A stretch of 64,000 bases of DNA, from IMG/VR virus record IMGVR_UViG_3300030333_004027, positions 4,087 to 68,086 of that record. The stretch is one strand, 5' to 3'. Position numbers and translations under genes: made by a program. Positions 57,104-64,000 of this stretch are shown piece after piece. Within the stretch, counting starts at the first letter, position 1. Each line of letters begins with the position of its first letter. Source of the stretch: a virus. Under the pieces are notes generated by a model. That model made no database searches and was not told where the DNA came from. It worked only from the letters and a program-made list of their open reading frames with translations.

Positions 57104-59813
57104 CGTCTTTTCTCTCGGCCTGTATGAAATAGAAATAATTCAAATAATTACCACGAACTTTAGCGGCTACACGCACCTTCCCATTTTTAATCTCACGCAC
57201 ATAAAGTTCTTGAGGCTTTCCGATTGCAGTTAATTGCACCGTAATACTATCTTCATCAACAAGACCCTGCCAATAGTCCGGCAAGTGTATAGTGCCTGAG
57301 TTATTTTTACCCCTAATATATACTGCGTGTTCCGGCCCTTCAAGAGAACCGTGATGCAATCTCTTGCCTTCTTTTGTTGGATGTTCTATATCGAAAGACT
57401 TTGTGGTTGCGGTTAAAGCGCCGGTAATTGCTACTGCTCCTGTTGCCGATATTGCATTACCCGACCCATCTTGCGTAATTTTTAACACATCTTGGTCATC
57501 ACCCGCCGCATCGTTGTGCATCTCGACCATAGGTTGAGCCGTGTAGTCTGCGTGTATGTTTCGATAGAACAGGGCCGTTCTCCTGTTTCCTGAATGTCTA
57601 TTCACCATTCCAATATAGTTGTCATTTCCTTCTTCTGCATAGATGGCATAGTCACCCGAATCATCGGGTGGACTAGCAACGTGGAGTTTGTGACCGGGAG
57701 TTGTGTGGCCTATTCCTACGTTACCAGCAGGTGTGATTCTCATTCTTTCAACGGCATTTGCATAACCCGCAGTTGTGCCTGTCTTGAATATCATTCCCGC
57801 CTGAATACCGCTTGAAGAAACCGAGTTGGATAAAATTAAAGCATTGTTGTCGGTATCTCCACCTGAATGACTACCAATCGCTGAGTGTTGAACTCCACCA
57901 TCTTGCTCAAAGATAATGTAAGGTTGGTCGTCTTCTCCGCTATTGTCAGTATCAGCCTCTATGATTAGGACACCATCTCCTGTTTTACCCGATATGTGCA
58001 GGTTGGCCTGTGGACTCGTAGTGCCTATTCCGACCTTGCCATCGGATTTGATTGTCATCTTCTCTTGACGGTTTGTTCCCGCATCGGTGGTATAGAAATG
58101 GAGACTACCTGTTCTTGTGTCTGCACCGTCAGTAAGACCGGAATCAATTGTAGCACCAAAACCACCGATTTCCTGTGCGCTACCATCGTTTGCCTTTGCC
58201 CTAAAGTGAATGTTAGAACCTGCTCCGTCTGCATCCATGTTCATTCTTGTAATATGTAGTGGGCCATAGTTTGCTGCGTTGCTGTTAGCAGACGATGACT
58301 CACGGATGTCCCACGGAACAGGTGTTCCCGCACCCGAATGGTTAGCAAGAATAGTTTGCGTTGTCCCTGTGTTGTCAATAATTACGTTTCCGCCGTGGTC
58401 GCCCGATGCTTGGAATGTTCCGTGAACATCGAGTTTGAAGCCGGGATTTGTATTCCCTATACCGACATTACCCCCATCTTTCACCGTAAATCTTGGATTG
58501 TTAGAAGAAGCGTCTTCAAAAATATGGAAGTCTGCACCGGACAGTCCTGCATTCTTAGATAATCCCATAGACCACCTAGATGTTCCTTCGTCAGACACTT
58601 TGAACCAACCAACACCGCTACCGTTTGTAGCAGCATTGGCTTCTACAATCGCATTAGTAGTGCCTACTTCTAACTTTGAACCGGGCGCATCAACTCCTAT
58701 TCCAACATTACCATTACCCAAAATAGTCATCTTGTTTATAGCCGGATTAGCAGTCGAATTGCTAGAACCACCAACGTCAGCAGTTTGGAAGAATATTGAC
58801 CCACCTGAGCCGGTTCCGGTTCCTCGCCCTGCTTGTAGGGTTAAATTTTTTCCGGTATCATCAGTTCCGGTCATAGTATCGACTTTAATAAAAGCGTCAA
58901 TTGCTCTATTGAAAGTAATATTGGAACTAGTAGTTCCTTCTCCATCCACTACTAAATCTCCGGTGACAACAATTGCACCTGAAGCAGTATAGAGTTCTTC
59001 GTTTCCACCATGATACAATCTTATTCTTGAAGAATCAATTTTTAAGTCGCCTGTTCCGGTATCATTAATCCATGAATGGTTTCCATCGTGATAAATTTGT
59101 AAGTCTTTGCCACCACCGAAATACAATTTCTTATTGTCAGTCATTTTAGTGCTTAGACCTAATTCAATACCATCAGTCACGGCGGTTTGGGTAGTGTTAG
59201 TAGGTGCGCTGGCTTGCCAAGCCGAGTTCATGTGGTAAGTCAAACCTGTAATGTAATTAGTTCTCATTGATATTTCATAAAAGTTAAAGCCCGACCAAGT
59301 GGAAGCCTTATTAACCCATAATTCCATCGTGCTAACACAGTTATTACCTGCACCACCATCACTAAATATCTTGAATGAGTCTTCATCTAATTCGACACCA
59401 CCCGTTTTTGCTATGTATGCTACATCCATATTATATGCGTTTTGATGTGCATTTGTCCTAAATTTAACACTAATAATAGCGGAAGCGGGGTTAGAACTGT
59501 TAAAATTAGTCACTCCTAATATAATATTCGCATCTTTGTATTGTCCACCGCCGGGGTCAAAAGTGCAAACCTTAGCCCATGTATTAGCACCATCAGAAGC
59601 ATTAGTGTTTCCAGCCGCAGTTGAAGCCACATATTGAGATTGGGCAACGAAGTTTCCCTTAACGTTTAGTTTGGTAGCAACACTTGAATGTAATTCACCT
59701 ACTCCGACCTGACCGTTTCTATTAATCATAAAAATATTTTGATTGTCATACGATGCCGCCGTATCAACAAGTGAGTTAAAAGACATATATTCATCAGCAT
59801 ACATTATATCCAT
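57072..59813 (-). CDS. Tail fibre-like protein (C-terminal portion)
   Basis: Multiple GNVGIG repeats; conserved C-terminal TKSFDIEHP...LHHGSLEGPE..VY.RG domain. Confidence 0.8.
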   Translation of the reverse strand: MDIMYADEYMSFNSLVDTAASYDNQNIFMINRNGQVGVGELHSSVATKLNVKGNFVAQSQYVASTAAGNTNASDGANTWAKVCTFDPGGGQYKDANIILGVTNFNSSNPASAIISVKFRTNAHQNAYNMDVAYIAKTGGVELDEDSFKIFSDGGAGNNCVSTMELWVNKASTWSGFNFYEISMRTNYITGLTYHMNSAWQASAPTNTTQTAVTDGIELGLSTKMTDNKKLYFGGGKDLQIYHDGNHSWINDTGTGDLKIDSSRIRLYHGGNEELYTASGAIVVTGDLVVDGEGTTSSNITFNRAIDAFIKVDTMTGTDDTGKNLTLQAGRGTGTGSGGSIFFQTADVGGSSNSTANPAINKMTILGNGNVGIGVDAPGSKLEVGTTNAIVEANAATNGSGVGWFKVSDEGTSRWSMGLSKNAGLSGADFHIFEDASSNNPRFTVKDGGNVGIGNTNPGFKLDVHGTFQASGDHGGNVIIDNTGTTQTILANHSGAGTPVPWDIRESSSANSNAANYGPLHITRMNMDADGAGSNIHFRAKANDGSAQEIGGFGATIDSGLTDGADTRTGSLHFYTTDAGTNRQEKMTIKSDGKVGIGTTSPQANLHISGKTGDGVLIIEADTDNSGEDDQPYIIFEQDGGVQHSAIGSHSGGDTDNNALILSNSVSSSGIQAGMIFKTGTTAGYANAVERMRITPAGNVGIGHTTPGHKLHVASPPDDSGDYAIYAEEGNDNYIGMVNRHSGNRRTALFYRNIHADYTAQPMVEMHNDAAGDDQDVLKITQDGSGNAISATGAVAITGALTATTKSFDIEHPTKEGKRLHHGSLEGPEHAVYIRGKNNSGTIHLPDYWQGLVDEDSITVQLTAIGKPQELYVREIKNGKVRVAAKVRGNYLNYFYFIQAERKDVDKMVVEYNG

Positions 59814-59817
59814 TACT

Positions 59818-60675
59818 TTATCGTTTAGTAGTGCCTAAACCCAATCTTTCGTTAGTGCCGTCAAATGTTGCATAAGTAGTCGTGCCACATTGTATAAACA
59901 CGTTATCATCAGGTCTTAGGAATAAATCTTCATCTGCCGCTATGAATAGGTCTTCGGGATTATCCGTTCCCGCCTTTATGTAAGTATCAGTTGAATCAAA
60001 ATAAATTGATTTATTTTCTGCTAAAAATACATCTCCTGTTGCCCTGATGCTACCTGCTACATCTAATTTGTAGTCGGGAGTTGCAGTTCCAATTCCAACC
60101 CTACCATTTCTAAACAAAGCCGCATAGTTATTATCTGCTCCTGTCACATCTATATCAAGACCGATATTAGTCAAAGTTCCTGTATCATTTGCAGAATCTA
60201 TATCCACTATTAATCCTGTCATATTAACAGTAGCGTTAGCATGGTTGGTAGCAGAATCATTTATCCTAATTCTTGCGCCGGCTTGGAAGGTAAATGTAGC
60301 ACCATCAGCAGTTATGCCTGTTTTATCCATATCAATATCAAAAACAGTAGGGTGAGATACGGCAGTTGTATGGTTAGAATCAAGATTTAATATTAATGAA
60401 GTTCCGTTATAGGTTGCATTAGACTCAACAGTAATCTCATCTGCATCTTTGTAAGTCAATAATCCATTAGACGTTGAACCATCATAAGCAAGACCGCCAC
60501 TACCGCCTAAGTTGCTACTTACATTGGTCCATGTGATTTTCTTGAAAGCGTTAGCACTCACATCGTAAAGAAGGAAATAGTCAGCAGTATCACCATTAGT
60601 CAAATCATCTAATTCATTTAAATCGCTATTAGGACCATTAGCGTTTAAAAAGTGCTTCTCAGTTATTGCTCCCAT
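59818..60675 (-). CDS. Tail fibre-like protein (N-terminal portion, appears truncated)
   Basis: AGGTGA SD; GRVGIGTATP repeat; ends abruptly within a repeat (ERLGLGTTKR*). Confidence 0.7.
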   Translation of the reverse strand: MGAITEKHFLNANGPNSDLNELDDLTNGDTADYFLLYDVSANAFKKITWTNVSSNLGGSGGLAYDGSTSNGLLTYKDADEITVESNATYNGTSLILNLDSNHTTAVSHPTVFDIDMDKTGITADGATFTFQAGARIRINDSATNHANATVNMTGLIVDIDSANDTGTLTNIGLDIDVTGADNNYAALFRNGRVGIGTATPDYKLDVAGSIRATGDVFLAENKSIYFDSTDTYIKAGTDNPEDLFIAADEDLFLRPDDNVFIQCGTTTYATFDGTNERLGLGTTKR

Positions 60676-60684
60676 ATTTTCACC

Positions 60685-63600
60685 TCAACCTGTATGCGCC
60701 TGTCCCTTTAATAAATTAAGGGAGCCTGTGATTAATAAACCTGTATCATTTCTATCCAAAGTAGCCCCGGTAGCATTTTTAACATTCATAACTAAATAGT
60801 ATTTACTACTTATTTGTTCGACAGCAAAAGCAATGTCAAACATATCGTTTCCTTCTGTTTCATCTCCTTTTCTGCCAAGTGTATTTTCTATACTAAAATC
60901 AACTTTAGTATTGGCATTAAAATTACCACCACCCAACGCAACAAAATTTACTGTTTGCGACCAAATAGAATCTAGGGTATGATGGTCGGAATTGTCTTTA
61001 TTTATGGAAATTGATAATGTAATGGTTCCACCATGAAACACATCTGCATGGTTTGTGCCGCCTGTATTTCCAACATTTATTGTTAAAACAGTTAAGCCAG
61101 CCCCGGTATTCCAATCATTAACTCCATCACTAGTATTTACTGATGTTAGCCAACTTTGGTCGAACTCAAAACCCGCTTGGAAATTGCCCGGAGATTTAGT
61201 GCCAAGTATTGCGCCTAGAGTTCCATTAGTTGCCTGTTTTTGCATAATAACTCCATCGGTTCCTCTCATTTGATAGGTATCAAATCCTAATGATGTTGCT
61301 GCTCTTACGTCAGTTCCCTTTACAGTCCCATCAACGTCAAGTTTGTGAGAAGGCGTTGAATCTCCTATACCAACATTACCGTTATTTTGTTGTATTACCA
61401 TGTGGACATTGCTACCTTCAACAATGCGTAGTTTATCTGAATCACCGCCCCTGTTTTGTATTTTCCAATGAGCCGCATCGTTCTTTATCTCAACCGCAGG
61501 GTTGCTATTTGTTCCTGAGTCTTCGACAAGAAGTGCCGTTCCCCCATCGCTTCCTTTTACATGGATAGTATCATCAGGACTCGCAATTCCTACTCCTAAC
61601 CTGCCGTTGATGTATGCGCTATTGAATGCCTGATTACTGTCCGAATCAGAACTCCCGCCTCTAAGTCTTAGAACCTCTTCAAGAGTATATACTGCATCAG
61701 GACTTCCGCCATCTGTGTCATTGGTATCTAAGAAGAATGACATTTGCCCTTCGTTATTGAGGCCCGACCCTACTGATTGGTATGCTATCCTAGCATCGGC
61801 AGTATCGGTTCTGAATGAAATGCTCGCATAAGAGCCATCTGTCGTTGAGGCATTCTCGATATACAAACCGCCGCCTTCTGCGCTTGCACCGACTGTTCCC
61901 GAACCCGAAGTATGTCCACCTTCCGGTGCAGTATCATTGTCTGTGTATTTTAGATGAAGGGGAAAGTTAGGACTAGTATTTCCTATACCGACTTTTCCAC
62001 CACCTGTTAGTGTCATTGTTTCGGAAGCAGTTGCGCCATCAGAATACGTTATGAAGTGCATATCTCCATGATTGTCACTATGGTCGGTGACTCGACCTAC
62101 GATTGCACCAAGATTATTGACTAGGTTATCTCCTGCTGCATTGTCATCTCGATTTTGTAGTTTTATCATAGCAGTATTAGCAGTAGTGCTGGCGTTTCTA
62201 GCACCCTCGACTGCTAATACCGCATCTCGACTGTTTGTATCAACAGGTCTAACTTTTAATATTGCCTCTTCATTACTTTTATTTCCTTTAACTGTTAATG
62301 TCCCACCTGTAAATGTCATATTAGATTCTGCAACGATAGCGTTGGTTCCATTACCTGTCAAAACTGCATTACTTGTCAGCGATGTTGCGCCCGTTCCACC
62401 ACTCGCTACTGCCAATGTCGAGGAAAGCCCGGAAGCATTTCCTGTTAAAGTCCCTGTAAATCCAGCAGCAGTTAGCATACCTGTGGATGGGTTATATGTT
62501 AATCCACTATCGACTTTATGGGGTTTGTTGCCACTTGTTCCATTCACAAAGGAAGGATAGAAAGAAGCATCGGTGCTATTATCTTCGACTATACCAACAT
62601 TGGAAGCGTTAGAAGCATTAGTAGCAGTATCAGCATTACCTGTTAAATCACCTGTCACATCTCCTGTAATGGTTCCTGTTGCTTCTAAGTTCAATAGTTT
62701 AAGGCTATCTAATACGAAACCATGATTAGCATTATCTGTGCTTACAGTAGTCGTAGGTTCTTGTGTAAGACCTGTAAATAATTTCCATTTACTACCTGAT
62801 TTATCATAATAAAACCCTCGCCATTTCTGAGTATTAGAATCGCTACCGTCATTGTATGTCCCATAGAACCCTATATCAAGTGCGTCAGCCCCGTTTGCGG
62901 TTTGGCCGGTAGCAAGGGAAATCAAACAATCTGCCGTAGTTAGTGTAGTGGAATTAACAGTAGTAGTAGTCCCACTTACAGTTAAGTCGCCACTCACTAC
63001 TAGTTTATTACCAATAGTCACTACATCATCTGAATCCCCAATCTGAACTGCGTTGCTACCGAATCCACCTGCTAGTTTTGTTTTTAGATTAGCAATAGAC
63101 ACATCATCGTTAGCAGTTCCAGCAATAGAAATTGAGCCTGAGCCATTCGTAATAGTAATATTACTACCAGCAGTTAATGTGGCTTTGGCTAAGGTATTGC
63201 CTGTGGTATTACCAATAAGTAATTGTCCATCAGTATAGGAAGTTTGTCCTGTTCCACCTTTAGCAACGGGGATAGTATTTCCATCCCAAGTGCCGACAAT
63301 ACCACTAGCAGTTATTGATGCTGCGCTTGAACCACCTATTTCAAAGACAAATCTATCTGAGGCATGAAGATAATTTAATCTCCCTGCGGCAGAAGCATCA
63401 GGGTCACTAAATACTAATTGATTTAATGCGCTTGCGTGTCCTGTTTTCATTTCAAGAACAGTATCGCTACTATTGCTACTATTGTTGGTATCAGTCGAAG
63501 TTAATTTTACGATAGCCTTTGCGTTTCTTTGAAACTCAGCGATGCTAGTAATATCAGGGGAAGAGATTCCGAATCCACTTGTGACAGCGTTTGCTACAAT

Positions 63601-64000
63601 AAGACCATAGTTTTTATCTGCTCCCGAACTTAAAATTTCAATTCCCCTATTTTCGCTTGTTCCGGCGGCAGTTCCCGTCATCTCTATTTTTATGCCGTGT
63701 TGATAGACTTCTCCTGAATGACTAGCACTTCCAGATTGATTGTTAATATAAATTCCTTGTAATCTGCTAATACCTGTGACGGTTGAACTATTATGTTGTG
63801 ATACATTAGCCCTGATAGCATAAGTAGTATTATCTCCTGAAGTATTAGTGGAAGCCTTAGTGGACCTTAACCCATTCAGACCATCAATATATCCAGCAGT
63901 AATGGGACCGCTAAATGTGGCCGTATCTGCTACATCAGTCCCAAAAGTTTTGTTGCCGCCCCAATCTGCGTTAAGCGCAGAAAGAACATCAGCAGTAGTA
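60685..64000 (-). CDS. Long tail fibre-like protein (5'-partial)
   Basis: Frame stays open from 63681 to the window end (TTADVLSALNADWGG...). Contains IPVAKGGTG, LAVASGGTG and VGIG fibre motifs. Confidence 0.85.
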   Translation of the reverse strand, partial: TTADVLSALNADWGGNKTFGTDVADTATFSGPITAGYIDGLNGLRSTKASTNTSGDNTTYAIRANVSQHNSSTVTGISRLQGIYINNQSGSASHSGEVYQHGIKIEMTGTAAGTSENRGIEILSSGADKNYGLIVANAVTSGFGISSPDITSIAEFQRNAKAIVKLTSTDTNNSSNSSDTVLEMKTGHASALNQLVFSDPDASAAGRLNYLHASDRFVFEIGGSSAASITASGIVGTWDGNTIPVAKGGTGQTSYTDGQLLIGNTTGNTLAKATLTAGSNITITNGSGSISIAGTANDDVSIANLKTKLAGGFGSNAVQIGDSDDVVTIGNKLVVSGDLTVSGTTTTVNSTTLTTADCLISLATGQTANGADALDIGFYGTYNDGSDSNTQKWRGFYYDKSGSKWKLFTGLTQEPTTTVSTDNANHGFVLDSLKLLNLEATGTITGDVTGDLTGNADTATNASNASNVGIVEDNSTDASFYPSFVNGTSGNKPHKVDSGLTYNPSTGMLTAAGFTGTLTGNASGLSSTLAVASGGTGATSLTSNAVLTGNGTNAIVAESNMTFTGGTLTVKGNKSNEEAILKVRPVDTNSRDAVLAVEGARNASTTANTAMIKLQNRDDNAAGDNLVNNLGAIVGRVTDHSDNHGDMHFITYSDGATASETMTLTGGGKVGIGNTSPNFPLHLKYTDNDTAPEGGHTSGSGTVGASAEGGGLYIENASTTDGSYASISFRTDTADARIAYQSVGSGLNNEGQMSFFLDTNDTDGGSPDAVYTLEEVLRLRGGSSDSDSNQAFNSAYINGRLGVGIASPDDTIHVKGSDGGTALLVEDSGTNSNPAVEIKNDAAHWKIQNRGGDSDKLRIVEGSNVHMVIQQNNGNVGIGDSTPSHKLDVDGTVKGTDVRAATSLGFDTYQMRGTDGVIMQKQATNGTLGAILGTKSPGNFQAGFEFDQSWLTSVNTSDGVNDWNTGAGLTVLTINVGNTGGTNHADVFHGGTITLSISINKDNSDHHTLDSIWSQTVNFVALGGGNFNANTKVDFSIENTLGRKGDETEGNDMFDIAFAVEQISSKYYLVMNVKNATGATLDRNDTGLLITGSLNLLKGQAHTG

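Noticed and set aside
34722-63238. Numerous plus-strand ORFs in the structural module
   Set aside because: Antisense shadows of long minus-strand genes with no protein-like motifs.
1-64000. tRNA, rRNA, integrase, reverse transcriptase/DGR, major capsid protein
   Set aside because: None was recognised by eye. Capsid genes probably lie beyond the portal outside the window; tRNAscan-SE would be needed to exclude tRNAs.

Overview
This window is a 64-kb segment of a head-tailed archaeal virus (Caudoviricetes, long non-contractile tail). It is most consistent with a magrovirus infecting Marine Group II Euryarchaeota (Poseidoniales); that assignment is inferred from archaeal-type replication genes, BRE/TATA promoters and GGTGA Shine-Dalgarno sites, not from a database search. 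Layout: a partial portal gene (-) is divergent from a metallophosphoesterase and terminase large subunit (+). A repeat-rich, low-coding control/early region (about 4.5-8.7 kb) follows, then many small early genes (8.7-18.4 kb). The replication module has an N-truncated MCM, RFC-S, an RPA-like SSB, a RecA/Sak4-like ATPase, a PCNA-like clamp, PolB, a Cas4-like nuclease, a PriS-PriL primase and an ERCC4 nuclease. A minus-strand tail/neck/fibre module fills 34.6-64 kb. Most notable observations: (1) a divergent PAC2/PbaB-like proteasome chaperone gene overlapping a headless MCM ATPase; (2) an eight-unit array of back-to-back BRE-TATA elements with about 42-bp period; (3) a GACGCTTGCG box at a fixed 27-28 bp before TATA boxes, together with an expanded family of DUF3860-like winged-helix proteins; (4) a non-canonical PolB active site; (5) apparent avoidance of GATC, AGCT and GTAC. 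All protein family calls come from manual motif recognition.
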